A program made the position numbers and the translations under genes. From Macrostomum lignano (lineage: Eukaryota), in NCBI GenBank assembly GCA_002269645.1, contig NIVC01002913.1, forward strand, positions 1 through 64,000: a stretch of DNA of 64,000 nt. The letters are read 5' to 3'. This document shows, piece after piece, positions 48,835-61,375 of this stretch. The notes beneath the pieces were generated by a model that did no database searches, was not told the origin of the DNA, and saw only the letters and a list, made by a program, of their open reading frames with translations. The stretch's first letter is position 1. Each line of letters starts with the position of its first letter.

Positions 48835-51214
48835 CAAGTAGTATGAAGACGCACACGTCTTTTTGCCACCAGTGAACGGGCTTCTTTTTAGACGTGGGTC
48901 TTCATACTACTTGATAAACCTAGTTTTGTACCGATGAAAAAACTTTGAGAAGCTCAAAAAATATAAATGTAAATCTCTAGTCTCTACTTCTCCCATTTTA
49001 TCTGTCTGTCTGTTTGTTCTGTTTCTCTCATCTCTAATCTCTCTAGTCTCCCCTCTCCTCTCGCTTCTCTCTCGCCTTATCTTTTATCTCCTTTTTTCTC
49101 TTCTCCCTTTATTCCCTTTCATTTCCTTCCTTATCTGGCCCGAAGCCATGAGCTGGATTCTTCTATAATAGGCCCTCGATCTAAAAAATTGTCTAAATTA
49201 AAGTCTCCAGAGCGTAGCAGCTAGCAGGGTTATACCACCCCATTAAGCTGGTTGTTTCGGCGCAAGATCCTCTTAGCATCAGCTTAAGTGAAGTGCTTGG
49301 AAAGCCAGGCCAGTTTTGTGGGATATAATACTCGTACTCTCAATCAGATAAACGAGATAGTAAGTACACTTAAGATACCCTAAGCCTCTTCTCCAATGGG
49401 GTTGCAAAGAAAGCTAAAAATTAAGTCATTCCAAAACACTGTACATAGCTGCTTCATAAGTCGTATCGCCTGACCTTTTAGTCTGGGTGGATTGTACACG
49501 TAGTGACTTGGAGCTTGCCACCGGCCAAACTTTGTACTGGGCTTGCAATTCAAATGTTGAGTTAAAGAGCTAAATTTAATACGAAATTCTAATCACGTGA
49601 CGCCCGTTTATCGATCTAATTTTCCTTGGTCTGTGCGCGAGTCAAATGAAGCTCTATTACACGCCCTCCAAACCAAGCCGCCAAGCCCTCACGCCACAGC
49701 CCCCCACTTAGAATGGACGGGAGCGTGTGTACATTCTACGATTATTCCTTCCTTTCCTTTCCTTTCTAACCAGCTTAACTCAGCCCAACGCCAAAGCCAT
49801 GCAAGCAATCGCATGCAAATGCAAATTATGCAAAGCGGTATGCGGCTTATTCTGATGAATTTTGGTGCAAAAAAGGCATAATTTTTGCCTGAAAAGAACA
49901 TCGAATGGTTATGAAACTCAAGAAATCTGTTAAATTAGCTGTATGGAACACTGTGCATTGGTTCCAGTGCAAAATTCCTACAATTTCCCGGTTATTTAGC
50001 CCCGGAAGTAACAAAAGTATCAAAAGTCAAATTTTCTGTTTTTTATCGATAAATTTTTACCTAATGAACCGAATCTCTAGAAATTGCACACAAATATGCC
50101 TCATTATGTGGGAAATCAGATTTCATAAAAATCTTGTCGTCCTATTGCGTTATTTTGCCTGATTTCAAGCAAAATATTAAAAAATCACTACTCTGATCGA
50201 TTTCCAATCACTTTTTTTGACACATGAGCACTTGTTGCAGACACTCAAAAACTTGGTCAATTTTAGCCAGACATTAGTACAACTCGTTGCAGTATCCGCA
50301 TTTGATCTAGCATTCTTTTAAAATTTTAATCACCCATTTTTCTGGCACCCAATCAGCCAAAAATCACAAATTATCGATATCTGATCGATTTTTCAATCCG
50401 AAAGCAGCGAAAGCAGACGGCAGCAATTTACACCAATATAGTACAGCAACTATGCCATAGAAATTCGATATTGGCTTATTCGCACCATGTTCTCAAAATT
50501 ATAATGAGCAATAATGCGAAAGTCATGTAATTTTTTGAAAAATCGATTTTTGTCAATTTTCTCAGCACTGCAGAAGCGTAGGAAAACAAAACTTTAGACA
50601 CTTGTAGATATTTGCATTGCGCATCCAACTGCACTGCTTTGAAGCCGAAACTCAAAAAGGTTCGTAGGAAAAAGTGGGAAAATAATAAAATGAGGGTCAT
50701 TTTTTTACCCAAAAAACCCACCAAAACTACATAAAGATACCAAAATAAATCAAAGCGCCATATACCATTTTGTAGGAAATTTAGTTTTAAAACTTTGATT
50801 CTCAGATGTCGAAGCTGTATCTCGTAAGGTGTACCAGAATTTTGAGATCTCCTAGAAGCACTTTTGAAAAAATCGTCTTTTCAGTTAATTTACGGCTCAT
50901 TTAAAAAATCTCTGCATTTAAAAGTACATTCATTCGATAGATCTAAAAGTTTTCTATCGATCGACACCTCACTCAACTCAATCGGTGCAGTGGTTGCAAA
51001 ATAGGAGCATTTTTTAGCAAAAAAACGTGAAATTTCAAAATGCATAAGAGTCTAACTTATTTACTCGTAAATACTTTCTAGCCCATGTCGGCCTTCGGCC
51101 GCCATGGGTAGAAATTATTCACTCGCCCTCGGCCCCTGGCGGGGCCTCGGGTTCTCTCGCTCTCGCCCGACGCCGCCTTCGGCGGCGCCGGGCTCGGCTC
51201 GTTCACTGGTGGAA
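48835..51214 (-). mobile_element. Helitron2/Helentron-like non-autonomous element, copy 3 (2380 bp), head-to-tail with copy 2
   Basis: Tandem junction GGTGGAA|CAAGTAG at 48834/48835; right flank CTAGTT. An extra ~170-bp segment with ACCCCATT/AATGGGGT ends lies at ~49235-49402. Confidence 0.8.
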
Positions 51215-53171
51215 CTAGTTCAACACAGCTTTACTGTTTGATTCTAGGTATGCCTTTCGAAGAAATATATAATCTGGTTGAAGTTTCCAACTCGCAAATT
51301 CAATTCCGACACTTTTCAATCGATTAAGACAATTAGCTTGGCTGAGTTGAGGGAGGGGGCAGACGCAGACCGCTTTAGGGTTTGAGAGGTTGACATACAG
51401 ATTGCAGCGATACAATAAACTGGGGCATCAGTTGGAGAGAAGGTTAGGCAAGAAAACTAATCGATAGCATGTACACAAGCTAATGTTAACCCTCCAATGG
51501 GTTTGCAATGTGGATACGTACATTTGAATTAAATTGATAAGATCGACTTTAGAGTACTGTGTGCACCCTGGCGCACATTAAGCGACATTGTGAGGCGCAT
51601 TACTGCCTATTCCGCCGACTCCCCTGAGCACACAAGCCAGTGTACAGCGGCCCTAACTTAATTTATCGTTAGGCATGTACACTTCACTGTGCCTTGGGGT
51701 TGGGGGTTGGGCCTCAAAAGTGTTAATTGCACGAGCAGAGCCAAACCGAGATTCTAATCAGACCACTAGGCTGTACTAGCGAAGGAAGTTCTGGAAATGA
51801 ACTAAAAACTAAAATTATTAAACACACAGACGCGTTGCAACTATTAATAGAACGTTGCAAACTACCGTTTGAAAGAAAAAACTACCGAAATCAGGACGAA
51901 TATTCCTTTCGTGAACTCTAAATATTACGATTTTGACGTTTTGACAAAAGATTTATTCAGAATTTTTTTATAAAATCGTAATTAGATTCACGAACGACTG
52001 AACGCAAAATTCGCATTAGCGTGTCAATTAAATGAAGATTTAAAAAATAGGACTGAATCTAATTATTCTACGACCTAATTCAAATTAATCAAATACGCTT
52101 GTAACTAGAGAAAAATCTTGTAGAATAGAAAAAAATTGATGCAGCGCAGGCCGACGGAATGTCGTGACAGAGTTAAACGGAAATGAATAAGCTTATCCGA
52201 GAATGCCGAACCAAATCAAGCAGTTTTTTCTACCTTTTCACCCACCGTCCGAGTTGCGAATCTTTTTTGCCAACAATTTTTTTGCTTTGCAGTCGTATCG
52301 AATTAAATATTAATTGCCAATTATATTGTTTCCTACTACTCGTCACCAGTAGGAAAGAATAGACAAAATCTAAAATTCAGCAGCCAGCGTCTTGTCAGCC
52401 AAAGACGATTGTAGTATACCAGCTTTTCTTGCGAGCTAATCGAAATTTCTGCTGTTTGGGCTCGTTCAGCTAATTAATGACTTATGCCAGAGAACTTGCG
52501 ACCTGGCTCATTCAGATAGGTCTCACGAAGAGCAAAGCCTTCGGTTTCTGCCTTGAGTCCTTAAATAAGAGAAACTTGTCAGACAAGCATTGCTATGATG
52601 TGGGCAGGGTTTATCCTTGATCCTCGGGTCTCTCTCCAAGCACAGGTAGCTCTCACGTGCACGCTCGGCTAAGCATTTGAATTACCGTTCCATTAGTAAT
52701 TTCTAATTCAAGGTTTTAATTCAGCTCTAAGACGCGGAACTGTTCAGGTGGTTACAGCGTACTGGTTTCGAATCTGGTGCACTGAATCGCTGTCGGAATG
52801 TCTGCCCCAACGCTTGCGGACATGTCCGAGTCTGACATCGACATATGCTGCCTCACACCGCCAACTGACATGCAAAACAATCGAGTGTCAAATTTCCTGG
52901 TGTTGCATTTCGCCCATATCTGGTTTCTGAATTTTGTCTTTGCTTTTTTTCTTTGGAATAATTCATTTCATAATTTCGCCTCAAGGCATGAAAATCAAAA
53001 TAATCAGTAAAGGGCTTGCAGAAGCATTTTTTGTTTAGTCCATTCTGCCTATCGGTTCCACACCAAATCATGGGCTGCTTTCTTGAGATCAAGATTTCAT
53101 GAGCTCCAAGTATCGTCGAGAAGTCACTTTCAGGATTACAAGAAGTTTCGAGCGTGCACAACACAAGTAGA

Positions 53172-54083
53172 AGGCCGGACACTGCACTCGCAAACCGTGC
53201 AGATTTGGCTTAGGGATTGCAATCCCGGGATCTCGAAATCACGTTATTATTTTTTCAAAAAGTTTTATAATATGAACATAATTGGGCCCACAGCTAGTTC
53301 ATTATACTGCGCTAATTTTCGTTAATTGCCTCACGTAGCGTGGCGCCTTTTTTAAACCCCGCATCACAGATTTAAATGTCAAATTTATTCCAATGTAAAT
53401 TTGATATTTGATTTGCTTCTTAACTACTAATTAGTACTTTTTATACTACTTATTAACTTACTTAAATACGTCACAAGATAATGCTGTTTTTCATCTGCAA
53501 AAAGATAACTATCTCTATAACAATCGAAAATGAAAGCAAAAATACGTTTAGCGCATATTTTGCCATTTTGTCTTGAAATTTCAACCCAGAAGCTTAAAAA
53601 TCTGTATTTTTCTGATCACGGGATCGCGAAAAACCGGGATTTTGCAATCCCTAATTTCACTGCGAAATGCACTGGCGAGATGGGAAGTTTTCAGTTTTTC
53701 AGCACTGAATTCCCAATATCTCACCTGCTAGACTTCCGAATTGCAACAGCCAGCAGGTGTTTTTTGTCAAATATTTGCATATTGCACAGCGCTGACTGGG
53801 GTTTGGCCATAGACAAATCCGTCCAGACAAAACACTGCAGAGACAGGAGCGGCTGCAATCTCGCCGCAACTTTGCTTGCTTGCCGGTCTCCGGCAGCAGT
53901 TCATGAAAAAAGCAGCTTGATAAACTTGTGAGCGCAGCTCGGACAAAACACCTGCTGGCTGCATTTGCAATTCGGAAGTCCAGCAGGTGAGATGTTAGGA
54001 ATTCAGTGCTGAATAACTGGAAACTTCCCATCTCGCCAGTGCATTTCGCAGCGAAATCTGCACGATCTGCAAGTGCAGCGGCC
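53172..54083. mobile_element. Foldback MITE-like element with ~130-bp inverted arms
   Basis: The left arm (53180-53210 + 53654-53764) is the reverse complement of the right arm (53946-54080). A second partial copy lies at 25490-25790. Confidence 0.7.
53211..53653. mobile_element. hAT-like MITE nested in the foldback arm
   Basis: TIRs TAGGGATTGC / GCAATCCCTA. Flanks ATTTGGCT and ATTTCACT each differ by one base from the uninterrupted ATTTCGCT, consistent with a decayed 8-bp TSD. Confidence 0.75.
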
Positions 54084-54863
54084 CTCTGCTTTAGCTGTCC
54101 ATGACTTCAACCTTGTAAAACTTCGAGCATATGAAATGTCCCCCAACTCATGACCTAATTTTGGTTTAGTAGTCCACGAATAAATTAAGAATATTTGAAT
54201 AACAAAAATCAGCTGATTGTTAAGCATTATGATTCTATTTATAATATAAGTGGGCAAACGAAGGCAGACATGTACAATGGCATCAAAATAATTGTTGTTT
54301 TTAATGAAAGAAAAGTTCAGAAGAGCCTATTTACACCACCACTATACTCGGCAACAGTCAAAGTGAGCACCCCTAGCGATAGGGGCGACTTTTGCGGCTC
54401 GAAAGAGAGGGAAATTCATGCCCTCGATAGGGTGCTTGCCTGATTTGAACTGAGAGTTGAGAAGTAGCCTCACGCTAAAGATTATGCTATTTACTGTTGT
54501 CCTAGCAAAACGATAAATATACGTTCCTTACCGGCCTTTATAAGAAAACCTGTTGCGCCTTTCTTCTCCAGTTTCGGATTGCAACAAGCATAAAATTCAA
54601 AAAAAGCATTTTTTGCTTCTGACTTCTTTGGCTGAGCAAAAATAACTCAGATGAATACGAGGTGTTGCTCGCAGCATACTACTCAGCGTTACGACCTTAG
54701 CAGTAGAAGGATGCGAATATTTCTTCATAATTGAACAATGCCCAACCAGACGGTATCTACAGGATCGCAAAGCAATTATTTGGATCGGACAGATCAAATT
54801 TGGGGAGGAAGTTTGAAAACCGACGGGATCGCAAAATCCAGCTGCCGTGGCGTGCCGTTTTGA

Positions 54864-55667
54864 AGAGAGGAGAGGAGAGCAGAGGAGGAGAGGAGAGGAG
54901 AGAAGAGGAGAGGAGAGGAGAGGAGAGGAGAGGAGGAGAGGAGAGGAGAGGAGAGGAGAGGAGAGGAGAGTAGAAGAGGAGGAGAGGAGAGGAGAGGAGA
55001 GGAGAGGAGAGGAGGAGAGGAGATGAGGAGAGGAGAGGAGAGGAGAGGAGAGGAGAGGAGGAGAGCAGAGCAGAGGAGAGGAGAGGAGAGGAGAGCAGAG
55101 CAGAGGAGAGGAGAGGAGAGGAGAGGAGAGGAGAGGAGAGGAGAGCAGAGCAGAGGAGAGGAGAGGAGAGGAGAGGAGGAGAGCAGAGCAGAGGAGAGGA
55201 GAGGAGAGGAGAGGAGAGGAGAGGAGAGGAGAGGAGAGGAGAGGAGAGGAGAGGAGATGAGGAGAGGAGAGGTGAGGAGAGGAGAGGAGAGGAGAGGAGA
55301 GGAGAGGAGAGGAGGAGAGCAGAGCAGAGGAGAGGAGAGGAGAGGAGAGGAGAGCAGAGCAGAGGAGAGGAGAGGAGAGGAGAGGAGAGGAGGAGAGCAG
55401 AGCAGAGGAGAGGAGAGGAGAGGAGAGGAGAGGAGAGGTGAGGAGAGGAGAGGAGAGGAGAGGAGAGGAGAGGAGAGGAGAGGAGGAGAGCAGAGCAGAG
55501 GAGAGGAGAGGAGAGGAGAGGAGAGGAGAGGAGAGGAGAGGAGATGAGGAGAGGAGAGGTGAGGAGAGGAGAGGAGAGGAGAGGAGAGGAGAGGAGAGGA
55601 GAGGAGAGCAGAGCAGAGCAGAGGAGAGGAGAGGAGAGAAGAGAAGAAGAGGGGAGAGGAGAGGAGA
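54864..55667. repeat. (GAGGA)n pentanucleotide microsatellite
   Basis: About 800 bp, directly 3' of the Mint stop codon. Confidence 0.95.
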
Positions 55668-55795
55668 CGTGTGCGCGCCTTTTTTAGCCGTCCCTCTCAC
55701 GGGGTCCTCTTGTGACACCGCTGTGCCACAGCCCAACCCCAATAACTGGTGGCCATCGCAGTCTTCCATGCATTTGAGCAGCGCTCTATCTGAGC

Positions 55796-56551
55796 TCAAA
55801 CATATCGCGGCGAATCCAGCCCGGTCAGCAGTCTGTACACCGCCTCCGGCATGGTTCTCAGTCGGATTTCGCCCACAGCCGAGGCCAGGGCGGCCACGAT
55901 CCGGTCGTGCGGGGCGGCCGCCACCGACCGACCGTCGATCTCCACTATCCGGTGGCCGATTCGGACGCCGCCGCGCTCGGCCACGCCGCCGCGGAGCAGG
56001 GCGCAGACGACGCCGTCGCGGACGCTGAAGCCGAGCGGCCGGCGAGGATCCAAACGCTGGATGACGGCCTCGGACACGGGCGGCCGGGGCAGTACGCGTA
56101 GTCGGACAGTAGCGGCCGAGCGGCAGGCCCGAAGCCGACGTCTGCAGGCGGCCAGCGGCAGGCCGACCAGACTGGTGCCGTCCACCGCCAGCAAAAAGTC
56201 GCCGACGCTGAGCTGTCCGGAGCGAACAGCCGGGCCGCCTGGCCGGAGGTTGGCCAGTAGAACGGACGGCAGCAGGGCGCCCCAGCCGCTATCGACAAGG
56301 GCGATGCCGAGTGCTTCGCCGCGCTCCTTATAGATTGTCACCTCTAACGGCGCGGTGTCCTCCAAGCCGTTGTTGCTGTCGTCAACCTGGTCGTTGTCGT
56401 TGTCGAAGTCGACTCTGACAGCGGAGGTGCCGCTGACGCTGTCGCCGTCGTTGCCCGGCGTCGTCTTTGGCGGCACGGCGCCGCCGCGGTGCACGAATTG
56501 CGCGTAGGCGGCGTTGAACGCGCAGCCAATGGTGTGCGCCACCTGCGAGGC
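55796..56551 (-). CDS. APBA: X11/Mint/LIN-10 (APBA family) terminal exon: end of PTB plus two PDZ domains
   Basis: ASQVAHTIGCAFNAAY; EVTIYKERGEALGIALVDSGWGALLPSVLLANLRPGGPAVRSGQLSVGD; LGFSVRDGVVCALLRGGVAERGGVRIGHRIVEI; C-terminus PRYV (cf. Mint PVYI). Phase-0 acceptor at 56552-56553. Confidence 0.93.
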   Translation of the reverse strand, partial: ASQVAHTIGCAFNAAYAQFVHRGGAVPPKTTPGNDGDSVSGTSAVRVDFDNDNDQVDDSNNGLEDTAPLEVTIYKERGEALGIALVDSGWGALLPSVLLANLRPGGPAVRSGQLSVGDFLLAVDGTSLVGLPLAACRRRLRACRSAATVRLRVLPRPPVSEAVIQRLDPRRPLGFSVRDGVVCALLRGGVAERGGVRIGHRIVEIDGRSVAAAPHDRIVAALASAVGEIRLRTMPEAVYRLLTGLDSPRYV

Positions 56552-56709
56552 CTGGCGGGTGTGGTGCGTGGAATTGGCGCCAATTCAAATTATTAATTTA
56601 CCGCATGCACGCGGACAAGTACGTACGTGCCCAGGAAGTGAACCCAATGTACTTTAGCACTAGAATCGGACGCGGCGCCAGTGTGCTGCCCTGTCCCCTT
56701 ATTGCTCAC

Positions 56710-56943
56710 CTGGTCTGTGTGGAACAGGTGGCAAACCACTTTGCACGGGCCGGCAGTCCCTGTGGGGCAGCCGGCTCGCCTGACCATGAGCACCAGCAGG
56801 TTGTCCATGTCGGCCGTGTGAGTCACCGTCCGCAGGGCGTGGTCCATCATGGCCAGCCTGGATGTCGGGTTCAGCACCATCAGGCGTTCGATGGACACGA
56901 ATAGATCTACAGGCACACTGGGCTGCTTCTCGCCCTCTGGTGC
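56710..56943 (-). CDS. APBA: Mint PTB-domain exon
   Basis: APEGEKQPSVPVDLFVSIERLMVLNPTSRLAMMDHALRTVTHTADMDNLLVLMVRR...CHLFHTDQ, with AG/GT boundaries in phase 0. Confidence 0.9.
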
Positions 56944-57103
56944 CTGTGGTGGCAGAGAAATTAGCGTGAAAATATTGTTGACCTTTGTAGGACTAAAAGT
57001 ACTAGTAATATGCTGATTGGAAACAGCAGCGCTTCAGGCAAACTGAAGTCTTTAATCGACTGTAGCTGATGGTTGAACTAACCAATGAATCAACAACAGC
57101 AGC

Positions 57104-58285
57104 AAGGTGCTAAAACAGTCTCAAAGGTGCTAAAACAGTCCCAAAGGTGCTAAAACAGTCCCAAAGGTGCTAAAACAGTCTCAAAGGTACTAAAACAGTC
57201 CCAAAGGTGCTAAAACAGTCCCAAAGGTGCTAAAGCAGTCCCAAAGGTGCTAAAACAGTCCCAAAGGTGCTAAAACAGTCCCAAAGGTGCTAAAGCAGTC
57301 CCAAAGGTGCTAAAACAGTCCCAAAGGTGCTAAAACAGTCCCAAAGGTGCTAAAACAGTCTCAAAGGTACTAAAACAGTCCCAAAGGTGCTAAAACAGTC
57401 CCAAAGGTGCTAAAACAGTCCCAAAGGTGCTAAAACAGTCCCAAAGGAGCTAAAACAGTCTCAAAGGTGCTAAAACAGTCTCAAAAGTGCTAAAACAGTC
57501 TCAAAGGTGCTAAAACAGTCCCAAAGGTGCTAAAACAGTCCCAAAGGTCCTAAAACAGTCTCAAAGGTACTAAAACAGTCACAAAGGTGCTAAAACAGTC
57601 CCAAAGGTGCTAAAACAGTCTCAAAGGTGCTAAAACAGTCCCAAAGGTGCTAAAACAGTCTCAAAGGTGCTAAAACAGTCCCAAAGGTGCTAAAACAGTC
57701 TCAAAGGTGCTAAAACAGTCCCAAAGGTGCTAAAACAGTCTCAAAGGTGCTAAAACAGTCCCAAAGGTCCTAAAACAGTCTCAAAGGTACTAAAACAGTC
57801 TCAAAGGTGCTAAAACAGTCCCAAAGGTGCTAAAACAGTCCCAAAGGTGCTAAAACAGTCCCAAAGGAGCTAAAACAGTCTCAAAGGTGCTAAAACAGTC
57901 CCAAAGGTGCTAAAACAGTCCCAAAGGTGCTAAAACAGTCCCAAAGGAGCTAAAACAGTCTCAAAGGTGCTAAAACAGTCCCAAAGGAGCTAAAACAGTC
58001 TCAAAGGTGCTAAAACAGTCTCAAAAGTGCTAAAACAGTCTCAAAGGTGCTAAAACAGTCTCAAAGGTGCTAAAACAGTCTCAAAAGTGCTAAAACAGTC
58101 TCAAAAGTGCTAAAACAGTCTCAAAGGTGCTAAAACAGTCTCAAAGGTGCTAAAACAGTCTCAAAGGTGCTAAAACAGTCTCAAAAGTGCTAAAACAGTC
58201 TCAAAAGTGCTAAAACAGTCTCAAAGGTGCTAAAACAGTCTCAAAGGTGCTAAAACAGTCTCAAAAGTGCTAAAACAGTCTCAAG
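57104..58285. repeat. 20-bp intronic minisatellite (AAAGGTGCTAAAACAGTCCC)
   Basis: About 59 units filling a Mint intron. Confidence 0.95.
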
Positions 58286-58373
58286 GTACCGGCGGTTGAT
58301 CTTCAATGCTGAACGCATCCGAACAGCAATAAACAACCATAGACTTCGCTATGTGCCTCGCTGCCCGGCTCAC

Positions 58374-58528
58374 CTTGATGCGCACGACCGCCTCCTGAGC
58401 CAGGGCCATTCGCGTTGCCCGACTCGGCCGCGCCTCCAGCGCCAGCTGCGTGGAGCCCAGGTAGGCCGCCCGGTGCAGCAGGCCGCGCAGGCGGGCCGAC
58501 GGCGGCTTCTCCGGGTGCCGCATCGAGA
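58374..58528 (-). CDS. APBA: Mint exon, start of the PTB domain
   Basis: RAAYLGSTQLALEARPSRATRMALAQEAVVRIK resembles X11 AANYLGSTQL..RMxQAQEAVSRxK. Donor GTGAG at 58373; phase-1 acceptor at 58529-58530. Confidence 0.88.
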
Positions 58529-59883
58529 CTGGAATGCGTTTCCATGATAAGACGCTTCACAAGCTCGAAACTTTATGCATGTATTGTCCAAGTTTTCAAG
58601 TATTATTTATGAATTATGAATTTCGAATTATTGATGAATATTATTGATGAATTTAGAATTTAAAATTTTGCATTTTGACTTCTGATATTACACTAAAAAA
58701 CTGTGCATCTATTGCTACTCACAGTAGACGAAAATATTTCTGACAAGTTTTCAGTTTCTAGGTTGATGATTCAGAAGTAGAATAGCACCATAAAAGTTTG
58801 GAAAGATATAGCCTTTTGCAGCTCATTTGGGTTTACACGCATTGAATTTAATCCAAGATACGTTTGCCGAAGTACTGGAGCTTTTGTCTGTGGTGGCAAG
58901 GCTGGCGGCAGTTAATGGAGGCTTTGCAGGAGCCAGATGAGACCCATGAGAATCGTGGACCTGATTCTAGACTGTCGAACGAACGACAAGGGCTTGTGAT
59001 CGAATTTGTTTTTGTTAAAATTGACCAGATTGTATTTTTGACGTCACCTTGTATTGGTGCAGTGAAAAGAGCTGAAAATTCACACGAGTTTCCAGTGCAG
59101 GCTGGCAAATTAGACGTGGTGCATGATCAGCAATACTGCGCTCCCAGGTCTATACAGAGCCAGATGTATCAATAGACGAAGCTAAGACTTCCCGAAAACA
59201 TTTATATCCCATTTTTCTCCGGCAAGATAATCCCAGTCGTGGGCCGAGATCCCACTAGAAGATTAAGGGAACGTCGCACGCAACTGGGGGGGGGAGATCG
59301 GGTGTTGAGTCCTCTTTACTCATCTCCTTCTCCTCCCCCGACTCCGCTCCCAGCTGCTCAGCTGTCCCATATTATGCAGCGGCGGCAACCTCTCTCTCTC
59401 TCCTCTCCTCTCTCCAGAATCTCTCCAAGGGGGATTTTAAATTTCGGGCCGACACAGAGACAGGGATCCGGCTCTATCCCGGATGCGGAGGCCGGGGTTC
59501 GCGTGTTTTAAAGCAACGAATGGCGCACAAGTATTAAAATTGAAAACCTGGGATGGCTGCACCTGGGGACAGCAAAAGCCTCCCTTAAGCCTCCATCTCG
59601 TGCAGCTTAGCGTCTTTTTTCCTTCTTTATAGGATTTTTCTGCCCGCCCAAAGAACCAGAGACTTTTGGGGTTGTTCCCGAAAGCTAGGCATGAAATGAG
59701 GGAGCTGAGTAAGAGTTAGTTTTTCGCCGCGGTTTTAACCACGTGGGGTGTGGGTCAAGTCAAGGGCTCCTGCACTTATCAATAAATTTAAAGTCCATTG
59801 TCAGACTTACCGTCATACTTTCATTTCTCATGCTTGCACCCTCCCCAACTTTTCACCTCGAACACGAAAACTGCTTCTGGCAC

Positions 59884-60968
59884 TGTCAGTGTGTGTGCCA
59901 ATCAAACTGCCAGTGTGTGTGCCAATCAAACTGCCAGTGTGTGTGTGCCAATCAAACTGCCAGTGTGTGTGCCAATCAAACTGCCAGTGTGCGTGTGCCA
60001 ATCAAACTGCCAGTGTGTGTGCCAATCAAACTGCCAGTGTGTGTGCCAATCAAACTGCCAGTGTGTGTGCTAATCAAACTGCCAGTGTGTGTGCCAATCA
60101 AACTGCCAGTGTGTGTGCTAATCAAACTGCCAGTGTGTGTGCCAATCAAACTGCCAGTGTGTGTGTGCCAATCAAACTGCCAGTGTGTGTGCCAATCAAA
60201 CTGCCAGTGTGTGTGCCAATCAAACTGCCAGTGTGTGTGCCAATCAAACTGCCAGTGTGTGTGCCAATCAAACTGCCAGTGTGTGTGCCAATCAAACTGC
60301 CAGTGTGTGTGCCAATCAAACTGCCAGTGTGTGTGCCAATCAAACTGCCAGTGTGTGTGCCAATCAAACTGCCAGTGTGTGTGCTAATCAAACTGCCAGT
60401 GTGTGTGCCAATCAAACTGCCAGTGTGTGTGTGCCAATCAAACTGCCAGTGTGTGTGCCAATCAAACTGCCAGTGTGTGTGCCAATCAAACTGCCAGTGT
60501 GTGTGCCAATCAAACTGCCAGTGTGTGTGCCAATCAAACTGCCAGTGTGTGTGCTAATCAAACTGCCAGTGTGTGTGCCAATCAAACTGCCAGTGTGTGT
60601 GTGCCAATCATACTGCCAGTGTGTGTGCCAATCAAACTGCCAGTGTGTGTGCCAATCAAACTGCCAGTGTGTGTGCCAATCAAACTGCCAGTGTGTGTGC
60701 TAATCAAACTGCCAGTGTGTGTGCCAATCATACTGCCAGTGTGTGTGCCAATCAAACTGCCAGTGTGTGTGCCAATCATACTGCCAGTGTGTGTGCCAAT
60801 CATACTGCCAGTGTGTGTGCCAATAAAACTGCCAGTGTGTGTGCCAATCATACTGCCAGTGTGTGTGCCAATCATACTGCCAGTGTGTGTGCCAATCATA
60901 CTGCCAGTGTGTGTGCCAATCATACTGCCAGTGTGTGTGCCAATCATACTGCCAGTGTGTGTGTGCCA
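59884..60968. repeat. 24-bp minisatellite (GCCAATCAAACTGCCAGTGTGTGT)
   Basis: About 44 units, with occasional 26-bp variants. Confidence 0.95.
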
Positions 60969-61375
60969 ACCAAAAGCCTCATAGTAACAGATGAAGTTTA
61001 TTCTCAACTGCAGTCAGCCTATAGCTGTCTGAACGTATATTCTGTGGTCTGAACAAGGGAAACATGCGGAAGAGCCTTGAATTTGCTGCGTAACGGCTAG
61101 GAGAAGAAGATAGAAATTGAAGAGACACGAAAAGCATTGGAAAAGAGGCTTTCTTGCGCGCAGCATCTGGTCCTTTCTCGGCCATCTGCGCACGAGCGAA
61201 ATGGCCGTTGAGGGAGCCTTTTGCTGTCCGGGTCCAATTATTTCTTCGGCTATTAAAGCTGCTTGGAAATTGGCTGTCAGCTAGGAAAATAATGGAAATC
61301 TCCATTCGCTTTCAAGGAAAGGTAAAATATTTTTACTTGTCCTGCTCTGTCCAGTGCCTTGCAGTTTGACAGTCT

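Noticed and set aside
52380-52700. Possible structured ncRNA (snRNA or SL RNA-like)
   Set aside because: I could not match any Sm site plus known snRNA or SL motif by eye.
54597-55799. 400-aa SSPLL and ERRGE ORFs
   Set aside because: These are translations of (GAGGA)n.
57104-58285. CRISPR-like regular repeats (also the other 20-36 bp arrays)
   Set aside because: The units are contiguous with no unique spacers, no cas genes are present, and the context is eukaryotic.
58848-59740. Short ORFs and a GC-rich block in the Mint intron (also 61040-61330)
   Set aside because: No recognisable domain, and stops in the plausible frames. These are probably repeat remnants.
59743-61052. Cys-rich CQSNCQCV ORFs resembling metallothionein or keratin-associated proteins
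   Set aside because: They come from a 24-bp minisatellite open in all frames, within an inferred intron on the opposite strand.
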